From assembly GCA_905193755.1 (NCBI GenBank), contig CAJJPX010000001.1, positions 53,434 to 117,433 on the forward strand: DNA of 64,000 nt. Direction: 5' to 3'. Source of the DNA: an uncultured Clostridium sp. (lineage in GTDB: Bacteria; Bacillota_I; Bacilli_A; RF39; UBA660). Position numbers and translations under genes: made by a program. This document shows, piece by piece, positions 1 through 9,100 of the stretch. Every line of letters begins with the position of its first letter. Position 1 is the stretch's first letter. Under the pieces are notes generated by a model. That model ran no database searches and was not told the origin of the DNA. It saw nothing but the letters and a program-made list of their open reading frames with translations.

Positions 1-1039
1 CATCAGTTCTCTCAGAATGACCTACACTATGTGTCATCTTTTCAACACTAATTAATAAATCTTGACTCTCTAAATCTTTAAGTAATTCTTCTCTACATTT
101 TTCACGAGACATTCCATTATATTTGCCAGTTTTCTCATTCATTGTAGCATCTTCATTCATAATTAGAATTCTCTCTAAATTATGTCTTTCACCTACTTCA
201 AAGTCATTAGGATCATGTGCTGGTGTAATCTTAACACATCCAGTACCAAACTCAGGATCAGCATGTTCATCACCTATAATTGGAATTAATTTATTAACAA
301 TTGGAAGTACTACATTCTTACCAATTAAATCTTTGTATCTTTCGTCTTTTGGGTTAACAGCAACAGCAGTATCTCCAAATAAAGTTTCAGGTCTTGTAGT
401 AGCTACATCTAAGTATTTATCACTTCCTTCAATAAAATATTTAATATGATAGAAAGCTCCTGGATCATCTTTATAAATAACTTCTTCATTTGAAAGAGCT
501 GTCTTAGCTACTGGATCCCAGTTAATAATCTTTTCACCACGATATATTAGTCCTTCATTATATAGTCTAATAAATACTTCATTAACTGCATCATTAAGAC
601 CTTCATCTAATGTAAATCTCTCACGTCTATAGTCCACACTAAGTCCTAAAGTTTCCCATTGTTTATGAATATTACTTCTATGTTCATCAGTCCATTTCCA
701 ACATTCTTTTAAGAATCCTTCACGACCAAGTTCATACTTATTAATACCGTTTTCTTTAAGTCTATTAACTACTTTAGCTTCAGTCGCAATAGCTGCATGA
801 TCCATTCCTGGAAGCCATAAAGTATCAAAACCCTTCATCTTTTTATATCTAATAATAACATCTTGAATACTACCATTAAGTGCATGACCTAAATGCAAAT
901 TACCTGTAACATTAGGTGGAGGTATAACTATAGTAAACGCATCTTTACTCTTATCTCCTGCATCAAAACAATGACTTTTAAGCCACATTTCATATTTTCC
1001 ATTTTCAACTTCTTTATGATTATATTTTTTATCAAGCAT
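1..1039 (-). CDS. valS: Valyl-tRNA synthetase, N-terminal ~346 aa; the gene continues past the window start
   Basis: Minus-strand translation from the ATG at 1037-1039 (RBS GGGAG upstream) gives [19 protein letters not shown]...[14 protein letters not shown]...[14 protein letters not shown], which are class I HIGH and ValRS signatures. The ORF runs off the window edge. Confidence 0.93.
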   Translation of the reverse strand, partial: MLDKKYNHKEVENGKYEMWLKSHCFDAGDKSKDAFTIVIPPPNVTGNLHLGHALNGSIQDVIIRYKKMKGFDTLWLPGMDHAAIATEAKVVNRLKENGINKYELGREGFLKECWKWTDEHRSNIHKQWETLGLSVDYRRERFTLDEGLNDAVNEVFIRLYNEGLIYRGEKIINWDPVAKTALSNEEVIYKDDPGAFYHIKYFIEGSDKYLDVATTRPETLFGDTAVAVNPKDERYKDLIGKNVVLPIVNKLIPIIGDEHADPEFGTGCVKITPAHDPNDFEVGERHNLERILIMNEDATMNEKTGKYNGMSREKCREELLKDLESQDLLISVEKMTHSVGHSERTD

Positions 1040-1778
1040 TATTTTCACACTCCCTTAAATACTTTTCTACCTCATCAAAATAAGGCTTAAATTTATCTTT
1101 ATTTTTTATATTTTCAAATATTCTATTATAATAACCTTTATCCAATAATAAACCTCTACTATAGTCATAATATAAATCAAAAGCAAATGATAATAAGAAT
1201 ATTATTTTGTCATTAACAGTTTTACAATTGACTCGTTTAACTGGTTCATGTAAATAAAACTCTTTCTTTACTTCTTCACTTATTTCACTATCATCTTCTT
1301 TAAGTTCTAAAAGTCTAATTGTAGAATTAGCATATATAATATCTAATTTATCAGCATCTCTTACTATCTTAGCATGCATCTTTTCACGTACAGTTAAATC
1401 ATCAGGTAATTCATATTTATTATGATATTTTATAGCTTTAGAAACTATATCATAGAATTCATCATCAAGTTTAAAGTTCTTAATTAAGCCTTTTTTAAAT
1501 AATAATTCTTCTCCTAAATCTCCATGATCAACTGTTTCAACATCACTAAATGATTTATATTTAGTCCATTGTTCAAATCTACCAAAATCATGAAGTAATC
1601 CAATTAAGCAAGTTAAGTAATTATCTTCTTCATCTAAATTTAATGTATATGATATCTCATCACATTGATGCATTACTCTATATGAATGATTGTATTTATA
1701 TGCAATCATATTCTCATTAAAATCAAAACCCATAACATACTTATCAAACTCATCAAAGTTTTCATTCATCTCATTCAT
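1032..1778 (-). CDS. HD-domain phosphohydrolase, co-transcribed with valS (8-nt overlap)
   Basis: HD motif (LLHDFGR ... RDADKLD). The likely ATG is at 1776-1778 with a GGAGG RBS 8 nt upstream. The ORF-track start at 1793 is a TTG alternative codon. Confidence 0.7.
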   Translation of the reverse strand: MNEMNENFDEFDKYVMGFDFNENMIAYKYNHSYRVMHQCDEISYTLNLDEEDNYLTCLIGLLHDFGRFEQWTKYKSFSDVETVDHGDLGEELLFKKGLIKNFKLDDEFYDIVSKAIKYHNKYELPDDLTVREKMHAKIVRDADKLDIIYANSTIRLLELKEDDSEISEEVKKEFYLHEPVKRVNCKTVNDKIIFLLSFAFDLYYDYSRGLLLDKGYYNRIFENIKNKDKFKPYFDEVEKYLRECENNA

Positions 1779-1795
1779 ACTTTTTTCCTCCAAAA

Positions 1796-2008
1796 TAAAA
1801 AGGTAATACCAAAGGACGAATTTATCGTGGTACCACCTTATTTTATACTCTATATATTTAACGCATATCTACGTAACTATTTACTTTATTCAATAGTTAA
1901 CTCCCAAGCTACCTTCATATATCTATCTTAAGAAAAGCTTTCACCCGATGACTTTTCATCTCTAATAATTAGTATATATTACTCCTCTTGTTCCTCGTTT
2001 TATAAAGT
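1796..2008 (-). promoter_or_regulatory. T-box riboswitch leader for the HD-valS operon
   Basis: Read on the minus strand it has an AGAGA...GUGAAAG stem I GA-motif and a candidate specifier region containing GUA (Val) followed by A. The conserved T-box AAGGUGGUACCACG (plus 1826-1837) overlaps an 11-bp terminator stem AAGGUGGUACC/GGUAUUACCUU followed by UUUUUAUUUU. Confidence 0.8.
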
Positions 2009-2010
2009 AG

Positions 2011-2039
2011 ATTATACAACCATATCTTTTATTTGTCAA
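2011..2039 (-). promoter_or_regulatory. Sigma-A-type promoter driving the T-box leader
   Basis: Minus strand TTGACA (2034-2039), 17-nt spacer, TATAAT (2011-2016). Confidence 0.7.
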
Positions 2040-2041
2040 CA

Positions 2042-2584
2042 TCAGTAGTTACTATCTTTAATATTGATAATACCACTAAATGTCTTTCCTTGATTATAAT
2101 TTTGGCTTTCATCTAAGTTTTTAAATGTTATCGTAATATTATATCTATGTTTTATACCTGGACTTATACTAACTTTACTTTTAATTGTTTCTTCACTTAC
2201 AGGCTGTTCTTCTATATTAGCACAACTTCCACTCATTATATCATTAGAATTCATACTATCACATATAGCACTAATAGTAAGTTCATCATTTGTTATTTCA
2301 TTATTATATTCTTTCCATATCAAATCATACACCGCATCTAATGTCCCTGTATTTTCTATAGTAACTGTTTTAGTGATAGTTTCACCTGGCTTAAAACCAT
2401 TTTTATAAATTAGAGGATTATCATCATTATATTTTAGTTCCAAAGTACCAGTAGTTACTTCTACTTCATCAGAATTATATGCAAATTCAGCACGAAAATA
2501 TCCATAAGTAAAGCCAACAGTGCCAATAAATATAAATAATAAAACAAAACCAAACATTATTTTCTCTTCTTTTTCCATTTTCAT
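2042..2584 (-). CDS. TasA/camelysin-like (M73-type) secreted protein, 180 aa
   Basis: N-terminal signal/TM with a SipW-type cleavage region (GFTYGYF). The segment TGTLELKYNDDNPL...NTGTLDAVYDL...NYNQGKTFSG is paralogous to the N-domain of the 7678-8958 protein. Confidence 0.6.
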   Translation of the reverse strand: MKMEKEEKIMFGFVLLFIFIGTVGFTYGYFRAEFAYNSDEVEVTTGTLELKYNDDNPLIYKNGFKPGETITKTVTIENTGTLDAVYDLIWKEYNNEITNDELTISAICDSMNSNDIMSGSCANIEEQPVSEETIKSKVSISPGIKHRYNITITFKNLDESQNYNQGKTFSGIINIKDSNY

Positions 2585-2869
2585 ATTATCACTATCTTCT
2601 ATATTTATAATAGCATACTTTATCGCTAATTAAAACATTTTTAAAAAGATATATAATTTAATTTTATAAAGAATTTATTCATCTATTCATTAATTTTCTC
2701 CTAGAAAAAAAAAGAATCTTAAGTATGTTTTATATACCAAAAATTCTATTTTACCTTTTTAACATAAATTTTAACATATGTTAAATTACTCATCGAAACG
2801 TTAAGGGCGTCATCTCAATATATTTAATTTAACTATTTTTTTAATTTTATTTTTTTATAAGGAGATGGT

Positions 2870-2968
2870 ATGTATATGAACAAGAAAAATGTATTAATTG
2901 CATCTTTGATTTTCATAATAATACTTTTAATTCTAGTTATTCTTATAATTACAATTAAAAACGCCTAA
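2870..2968 (+). CDS. Small hydrophobic single-TM peptide (32 aa), not in the ORF track
   Basis: An AAGGAG RBS lies 5 nt before the ATG. It encodes MYMNKKNVLIASLIFIIILLILVILIITIKNA and is followed immediately by a terminator hairpin. Confidence 0.35.
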   Translation: MYMNKKNVLIASLIFIIILLILVILIITIKNA

Positions 2969-2985
2969 CTCTCGTTAGGCCTCAC
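2963..2985. terminator. Bidirectional intrinsic terminator hairpin
   Basis: GCCTAAC-TCTC-GTTAGGC hairpin with T-runs on both strands. It ends the small peptide gene (+) and the 3096-3398 gene (-). Confidence 0.5.
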
Positions 2986-3095
2986 ACTTTTAAGTGATGG
3001 CGCCCTCAGGGGGTGCGTTTCACTAACAATAATATATCATATTTACAAGTCACAGTAAATATTTGAATAAGAAAAAATAACACTTATGTAAAGTG

Positions 3096-3398
3096 CTATT
3101 TTAATTCTCTCATATATGGCTTATCCATTATAGGTTTGTATTCTATTCTCTTTCCACAACAAGGACAATATTCTATAGGATAAAGTGTCTTTTTAACTTG
3201 AAAATTAACTTGATAATTTCCATCTAAGTCATAGTCCCCTTCATCAACTATTTCATCATTTACTAAACATAATTGTCCTTCTGTTACATCACTTGCGAAA
3301 TTAGAAAGAATAAAACCATCTCTATATTCACGAACAAAATCTATTATAAGAAATTTTGTCATACAATTACATAAATTCACATACTTAATTTTATCCAT
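3096..3398 (-). CDS. Hypothetical small protein with a C-terminal CPCCG zinc-ribbon-like motif
   Basis: 100-aa ORF immediately downstream of rbfA on the same strand. I recognise no family. Confidence 0.5.
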   Translation of the reverse strand: MDKIKYVNLCNCMTKFLIIDFVREYRDGFILSNFASDVTEGQLCLVNDEIVDEGDYDLDGNYQVNFQVKKTLYPIEYCPCCGKRIEYKPIMDKPYMRELK

Positions 3399-3409
3399 AA
3401 CCCACCTAA

Positions 3410-3754
3410 TTATTTATTATTTTCTTCTTCATGTAACTTTTCAATAATTTTTTCAATTTTTTGTCCATACTCTATAGATTCATCAAATATAAATCTAAGT
3501 TCTGGAGTATGTCTAATTTGTAATCTCTCAGCAAGTAAACTTCTAAAGAATCCTGCTGCATTATTTAAGTCTTTTTCTACTTTTTCTCTATCATCTGTAG
3601 TTGTAAAATATATTTTAGCAAAGCTTAAATCATTTGTTACATCACAATCAGTAATAGTTACATGCTTAAAGTCTTCATCTTTAGCTTCAAGAAGTAAAAT
3701 ATTACCAAGTTCTTTTTGCATTTCAGAAGCTACTCTCTCACCCTTTAAACTCAT
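3410..3754 (-). CDS. rbfA: Ribosome-binding factor A
   Basis: 114 aa. It sits after infB with a 4-nt overlap, and the sequence is typical of RbfA. Confidence 0.88.
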   Translation of the reverse strand: MSLKGERVASEMQKELGNILLLEAKDEDFKHVTITDCDVTNDLSFAKIYFTTTDDREKVEKDLNNAAGFFRSLLAERLQIRHTPELRFIFDESIEYGQKIEKIIEKLHEEENNK

Positions 3755-5874
3755 ATTCTCTTCACTTCCCTATTCTCAAATGCTTCAATAACATCTCCCT
3801 CTTTAATATCAGGGAATGATTCTATAGTCATACCACAATCATATCCAGATTTAACTTCATGAGCTTGATCTTTTTCTCTTTGAAGAGTAGCAATCTTAGA
3901 TGTAGCTATTACTATACCATCACGAATAATTCTACAAGGAGTTCCAACTTTAACAACTCCACTTGTTACATGAGAACCGGCTATATTTCCAACCTTAGAG
4001 AAATGGAATAATTGCCTTACTTCAGCTTCTCCAATAACTACTTCTTCATATTCAGGATCAAGCATACCTTTCATAGCAGCTTCTATTTCTTCTACTAATT
4101 TATAAATAATATTATAAAGTCTAATTTCAATACCATAATTTTTAGCAGTTTCTTTAGTAGCTTTAGAAGGACTAACATTAAATCCTATAATAATTGCATT
4201 AGATGCATTAGCAAGTACAACATCACTTTCAGTAATAGTACCTACACCACTTCTAATAACATTAATTTTAACACCATCTACATGTATCTTTAATAAAGCA
4301 TTCTTAACAGCTTCTTCGCTACCCTTAACATCAGTCTTAAGAACAATATTTATTTCTTTACGTCCTTCTTTAATTTGATCGAATAGTTCATCTAAACTTA
4401 ATGCTTTATGAGCAAATCTCTTACTCTTTTCATGTTCTTTTCTCTTTATAGCAACACTACGAGCTTCTTTTTCACCTTCAAATGCCATAAATTTATCTCC
4501 AGCAACTGGAACGTCTTCTAGTCCAGTAACTTCAACTGGTTTACTAGGTTCAGCACTTACTATTTCACGTCCAGTATCATCCTTTAATGTACGAACTTTA
4601 CCATAGCTTGTACCAACAACAATAGGATCTCCAAGTCTTAAAGTACCATTTTGTATTAATAATGTTACAACTGGTCCAATATTCTTATCAAGTCTAGCTT
4701 CTATAACAGAACCACTAGCATATCTGTTAGGATTTGCTTTTAAATCTAATAATTCACTTAAAGCATTAATATTATCTAAAAGTAAATCTACACCTTCACC
4801 AGTTTGAGCACTCATACGAACGAATATTGTGTCTCCTCCCCATTCTTCAGGAACAAGATTAAGTTCACTCATATCACTCATTATCTTATCTATATTAGTA
4901 TGTGGTTTATCAATTTTATTAATTGCAACTATAATTGGTACCCCTGCTGCTTTAGCATGATCAATTGCTTCTCTTGTTTGAGGCATAACTCCATCATCAG
5001 CAGCTACTATAATAATTACTATATCAGTAACACTAGCTCCTCTTGCTCTCATTTCAGTAAATGCAGCATGTCCTGGAGTATCTATAAATGTAATCTTACG
5101 ACCATTTCTTTCTACTTGATATGCACCTATTGCTTGAGTAATACCACCAGCTTCACCTTGAGCTACATGTGAATTACGAATATAATCAAGTAATGTAGTC
5201 TTACCATGATCAACATGACCCATAATAGTTACAACTGCAGGTCTAGGAAGTAAATCTTCTTCTTTATCATTTATTACATATTCTTCAAAATTAGTAATAT
5301 CAGTAGTTTCTTCTTTAACTAATTCTTTATTATATTCAAGTACTACTACACTAGCATCATCAAAAGAAATAGCTTGATTTGAAGATATCATAAGTCCCAT
5401 ACCTATTAACTTCTTAACTACATCTGATGCACTAACACCAATCGCAGTAGCTAAATCTGATACACTCATACCTTCTTTATATAAAACTACGTTACTTTCA
5501 ACTTCTTCTTTATTACTTTGTAATTTTGATTTATTCTTATAAATATTTTTCTTCTTTTGTGATAAATCATCATTACTTTGTTTGTTATTATCTTTCTTCT
5601 TTATTTTTTCCTTAACCTTAACTTCTTCATCTAATTCTATGTTGTATGCAAGAGCAGCTTCTTCAGCTCTATCCTCTAATTCAAACTTACTTGCTAATTC
5701 CTCAGTAAGATTATTTTCTTCTGTTCCAGCACTAAGTTCATTATCCAACATAATTATAGCTTCATCATCTAGAATATCTGTTTCATTATTATATTTAAAG
5801 CCAAGTTCTTTAAGCTTACTAATAACAGTTTTAGTATCTACTCCTAATTCTAAAGCGTAATCTTTTATACTCAT
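3751..5874 (-). CDS. infB: Translation initiation factor IF-2
   Basis: 707 aa with the [17 protein letters not shown] and NKIDK G-domain motifs and the N-terminal IF2_N segment. Confidence 0.97.
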   Translation of the reverse strand: MSIKDYALELGVDTKTVISKLKELGFKYNNETDILDDEAIIMLDNELSAGTEENNLTEELASKFELEDRAEEAALAYNIELDEEVKVKEKIKKKDNNKQSNDDLSQKKKNIYKNKSKLQSNKEEVESNVVLYKEGMSVSDLATAIGVSASDVVKKLIGMGLMISSNQAISFDDASVVVLEYNKELVKEETTDITNFEEYVINDKEEDLLPRPAVVTIMGHVDHGKTTLLDYIRNSHVAQGEAGGITQAIGAYQVERNGRKITFIDTPGHAAFTEMRARGASVTDIVIIIVAADDGVMPQTREAIDHAKAAGVPIIVAINKIDKPHTNIDKIMSDMSELNLVPEEWGGDTIFVRMSAQTGEGVDLLLDNINALSELLDLKANPNRYASGSVIEARLDKNIGPVVTLLIQNGTLRLGDPIVVGTSYGKVRTLKDDTGREIVSAEPSKPVEVTGLEDVPVAGDKFMAFEGEKEARSVAIKRKEHEKSKRFAHKALSLDELFDQIKEGRKEINIVLKTDVKGSEEAVKNALLKIHVDGVKINVIRSGVGTITESDVVLANASNAIIIGFNVSPSKATKETAKNYGIEIRLYNIIYKLVEEIEAAMKGMLDPEYEEVVIGEAEVRQLFHFSKVGNIAGSHVTSGVVKVGTPCRIIRDGIVIATSKIATLQREKDQAHEVKSGYDCGMTIESFPDIKEGDVIEAFENREVKRI

Positions 5875-5897
5875 ATTTATTTCCTCCTTTTCTTTAA

Positions 5898-6155
5898 TTA
5901 TATTTTACTAATTAATTCATCATAAATATTATCTTCTATTTTAACCTCTAAATGACGTTCAAGTGCTTTTGATTTACGAGCTTTTTCTATTACTTCTTTA
6001 TCTTTTTTAACATAAGCTCCGCGTCCATTAGCTTTACCTGTCTCGTCTACAAATACATTTCCTTCATTGTCTCTAACTACACGAAGTAAATCTCTTTTTT
6101 CTAATTTTTCATGTGTTATTACACAAATTCTCATAGGGACCTTTTTAACTTTCAT
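5898..6155 (-). CDS. ylxR: YlxR/RnpM family RNA-binding protein (DUF448)
   Basis: 85 aa, conserved position between nusA and infB, with the GRGAYV motif. Confidence 0.8.
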   Translation of the reverse strand: MKVKKVPMRICVITHEKLEKRDLLRVVRDNEGNVFVDETGKANGRGAYVKKDKEVIEKARKSKALERHLEVKIEDNIYDELISKI

Positions 6156-6174
6156 ACGTTTTCCCTCCTTATGA

Positions 6175-7317
6175 TTATTTATTTATTTCAGCATTTATAT
6201 CTGCTAAAGTCTTAATATTAATTGTATATTTAGTAAGTCTACTAGCTAATTTAATATTAATTCCTTTCTTACCAATTGCTAAACTTAAATTTTCATCATC
6301 AGCTATTACTAATGCTTCTTTTTTCTTTTCATCAGTAATACTTACGTTTAAGTTTTTAGCTGGACTTAATGCATTAGCAATAAATTCTTCCATATTATCA
6401 GAATAAGCTATTAAATCTACTTTTTCACCACCAAGTTCATTTATTATATTAGCAATTCTTCTTCCTTTTTCACCAATACAACTTCCAATTGGATCTACTT
6501 TTGGATTAGTTGAAGCAACAGCCACTTTACTTCTTACACCAGCTTCACGAGCAACTCCACGAAGTTCTAATGTTCCATCACTAAATTCAGGAATTTCATG
6601 TTCAAATAATCTTTTAACAAATCCATAGTTCTTTCTTGATGTCAAGATAAGTGGTCCCTTAGGTGTACTTTCTATTTTAGTAATATATACTTTTATAGAG
6701 TCTCCCATAGTTAATTTTTCACCTGGAATTAATTCAGTTTTAGGAAGTATACCACGTGCTTTACCTAAATCAACATAATAGTTTCTTGCATCTTCCATAG
6801 CAAGGAATCCTATCATTAACTCATCTTCTTTATCAGCGAAATCAGCCATAACTTTTTCACGTTCAGCTTCACGAATCTTTTGAAGAACTACTTGTTTAGC
6901 AACTGAAATAGCTACTCTACCAAAGTTTTTAGGAGTAACTTCTTCTAGTATTTCATCGCCTACTTGATAGTCACTATTTATTTCTTTAGCTTCGCTAATA
7001 GTCATTTCATTTAAGTAATCATGACTTACTTTAACTTCTCCAGTTTCTGGGTCTATATCATCATCATCATCTTTGTAATCATCTACTATAGTAGTAACTT
7101 TAAATACTTTAATTTCTCCAGTATTTCTATCTATTAATACACGACTATTATAATCAGCTTTTTCATTTTTCTTATATGCAGTACTTAAAGCAGTTTGCAT
7201 AGCTTCAATAACTACATCTTCATCTATTCCTTTTTCTTTTACTATAAACTCTAATGCTTTTTTAAATTCTTGAGCACTTGCTACTGCTGCATCTTCTTCT
7301 TTAACTTTCTTACTCAT
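6175..7317 (-). CDS. nusA: Transcription termination/antitermination factor NusA
   Basis: NusA N-domain, S1 and KH domains (FKKALEFIVKEKGI...). The likely start is MSKK at 7315-7317, after an AAGGAG RBS. The ORF-track extension to 7344 is probably not translated. Confidence 0.92.
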   Translation of the reverse strand: MSKKVKEEDAAVASAQEFKKALEFIVKEKGIDEDVVIEAMQTALSTAYKKNEKADYNSRVLIDRNTGEIKVFKVTTIVDDYKDDDDDIDPETGEVKVSHDYLNEMTISEAKEINSDYQVGDEILEEVTPKNFGRVAISVAKQVVLQKIREAEREKVMADFADKEDELMIGFLAMEDARNYYVDLGKARGILPKTELIPGEKLTMGDSIKVYITKIESTPKGPLILTSRKNYGFVKRLFEHEIPEFSDGTLELRGVAREAGVRSKVAVASTNPKVDPIGSCIGEKGRRIANIINELGGEKVDLIAYSDNMEEFIANALSPAKNLNVSITDEKKKEALVIADDENLSLAIGKKGINIKLASRLTKYTINIKTLADINAEINK

Positions 7318-7567
7318 TTTCATCTTCTCCTTTGCTTCCAACATCTAGTACATAATTTTCTAAATCTAAGTCTAGACTATCAATAATTGGATCAACTATT
7401 TTTGTAGCTTTAACACATAAATTTGTGTCTACTGGTTCACCATTAAAGTTTTCAATAGTTACAAATAATGTATTTTCACCATCTTCTTCTCCAAAGTGAA
7501 CACCTACTAATTTAATATTTTCTTTCTCAAGTGGTTCCCTAACAGCATCATAAATCTTCTCTTCCAT
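7310..7567 (-). CDS. rimP: Ribosome maturation factor RimP, short 85-aa form (N-terminal domain only)
   Basis: MEEKIYDAVREPLEKENIKLVGVHF...YVLDVGS aligns to the RimP N-domain up to the L-E-V-S-S-P-G region, then a stop. It overlaps the nusA start. RBS AAGGAGG. Confidence 0.7.
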   Translation of the reverse strand: MEEKIYDAVREPLEKENIKLVGVHFGEEDGENTLFVTIENFNGEPVDTNLCVKATKIVDPIIDSLDLDLENYVLDVGSKGEDENE

Positions 7568-7596
7568 AAGACCTCCTTATCATATCAATATAAAGA

Positions 7597-7620
7597 GTGG
7601 GTTTTAGGCCCACTCTTCGT
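7597..7620 (-). terminator. GC-rich hairpin between the camelysin-LRR gene and rimP
   Basis: AGAGTGGG-(loop)-CCCACTCT 8-bp stem. On the minus strand it is followed by a weak T-run. Confidence 0.4.
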
Positions 7621-7677
7621 TGTCAAATGTATTATAACATATTAAATTGTATGTATCAAGAATTATTTTATGATTAA

Positions 7678-8958
7678 CTACTTTTTAGTAAAGTATCCAG
7701 GTAAATCGGTTCCACCATCTATTCTAGCGTATGTTTTATCAACATAAGAACTATTATATTTAGTACCATTTCCACCAACTAAATTAGTTGCTTCCTCAAA
7801 CATACCTGTACTACTAGTAACATTAGCAGTTATGAAATTATTACTTGCATATATAGTTTTTACTTTAGAATTATAAAACATAGCATACATGTTAATTACA
7901 TTACTCGTATCAAAACTACTTAAATCAAGTGTAGTGAACAAAGTATTTCTAAACATACTCCACATTTGTATTACTTTTGAGGTGTCTAGTCCTTCTAAGT
8001 TAATACTAGTAGCATTTGAATGATAAAATAAACCACTCATATCAGTCACATTTGAAGTATCAAGATTACTTAAATCTAAAGTACTTGCCTGAGAATAGCC
8101 AAACATACCAGATATACTTATAACATTAGAAGTATTCAATCTAGATAAATCTATATTACTAGCTTGACTTAATGCAAACATTCCTCCCATGTATATAACA
8201 GGTACATCATTAATATATGTACATACATCTTTAGTACTAACGTCTTCAGTAGATAATGGATTTGTTAAGGCAACTCCCCAACCAAGATCATCCATGTTTT
8301 TCCAATTAACAGTAAGTGTTGATGTATTAGCATCACTTTTTTCCTGCATATATCTATACGTATATATTCCATTTACATACTCAACACCTTGCGTTACTTC
8401 TCCATCAAAAGTGCAATTAACAACTTCAGGAGCATTCTCCACTCCTAAGACTCCACCAAACTTCTTTCCCTGATTATAATTCTGATCAGCACCTGTATCT
8501 TTAAAAGTAATAGTTAAATCATATTTATGCATTATATTTGGTTCAATAGAAATACTTTTTTTAATCTTTAGACTATTAATTGGAGTACTTACTATATTTT
8601 CACAAGTTCCATCTACTTCTTCAGTTGTGCCATTTATTCTAGTACAAGTTCCTTCAATTAACATTTCATCATTAATAATTTCATTTGTTAATTCTTGCCA
8701 TATAATATTATATTCAACATCTAAAGAACCGGTATTTTTAACAGTTATTGTTTTATTTATTGTATTTCCTGGTTTAATATTTTGTACATTTATCTCTGGT
8801 CCATCGGTATATGTAAGTTGTAATGTACCAGTTTCTACTACTTGATCTTTTACTTCATTTTGTACTATCGAATTACTAAAGTATGCATATGAAAATCCTA
8901 CACTAGCTAGGAATATAAATGCTAAAGTTATTCCAAATATTATTTTTTTATCTTTCAT
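7678..8958 (-). CDS. TasA/camelysin-like N-domain fused to BspA-type leucine-rich repeats; secreted
   Basis: The true start is MKDKKIIFGITLAFIFLASVGFSYAYF at 8956-8958 (RBS AGGTGATGA). The N-domain resembles TasA/M73 (TGTLQLTYTDG...NTGSLDVEYNIIW). The C-terminal half has repeated ~22-aa DLSxLDTSNVTxMxxMF units typical of BspA/Treponema-type LRR_5. Confidence 0.65.
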   Translation of the reverse strand: MKDKKIIFGITLAFIFLASVGFSYAYFSNSIVQNEVKDQVVETGTLQLTYTDGPEINVQNIKPGNTINKTITVKNTGSLDVEYNIIWQELTNEIINDEMLIEGTCTRINGTTEEVDGTCENIVSTPINSLKIKKSISIEPNIMHKYDLTITFKDTGADQNYNQGKKFGGVLGVENAPEVVNCTFDGEVTQGVEYVNGIYTYRYMQEKSDANTSTLTVNWKNMDDLGWGVALTNPLSTEDVSTKDVCTYINDVPVIYMGGMFALSQASNIDLSRLNTSNVISISGMFGYSQASTLDLSNLDTSNVTDMSGLFYHSNATSINLEGLDTSKVIQMWSMFRNTLFTTLDLSSFDTSNVINMYAMFYNSKVKTIYASNNFITANVTSSTGMFEEATNLVGGNGTKYNSSYVDKTYARIDGGTDLPGYFTKK

Positions 8959-8973
8959 ATCATCACCTATTTT

Positions 8974-9002
8974 ATTATAAAACGTACCCCCACCCCAGTC
9001 AA
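8974..9002 (-). promoter_or_regulatory. Sigma-A-type promoter for the camelysin-LRR gene
   Basis: Minus strand TTGACT (8997-9002), 17-nt G-rich spacer, TATAAT (8974-8979). Confidence 0.55.
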
Positions 9003-9100
9003 GCAAAAAGATGTTCGTACGTGACTCAATCAAAAATTCATTTAGCATTTATTTTATATAAAAAAAGAAGCTACTTTTTAAATAACTTCAATTTAATGTA

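Noticed and set aside
4804-5860. ORF-track entries on the + strand inside infB (4804-5172 and 5582-5860), and similar antisense ORFs inside other genes (123-449, 8189-8845, 15623-15895, 22497-22702, 33764-33976, 52199-52504 and others)
   Set aside because: They lie antisense within well-supported long coding regions. Their low-complexity Ser/Leu/Ile-rich translations are typical of AT-rich antisense frames, and they lack an RBS.
7318-7344. Longer NusA start (MLEAKEKMKM...) giving a 35-nt overlap with rimP
   Set aside because: No RBS precedes it, whereas AAGGAG precedes the internal MSKK start.
8959-9048. N-terminal extension of the camelysin-LRR ORF (MLNEFLIESRTNIFLLDWGGGTFYNKIGDD...)
   Set aside because: The extension covers a TTGACT-17-TATAAT promoter and a G-run. 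A proper RBS (AGGTGATGA) precedes the internal ATG that begins the signal peptide, so the true start is at 8958.
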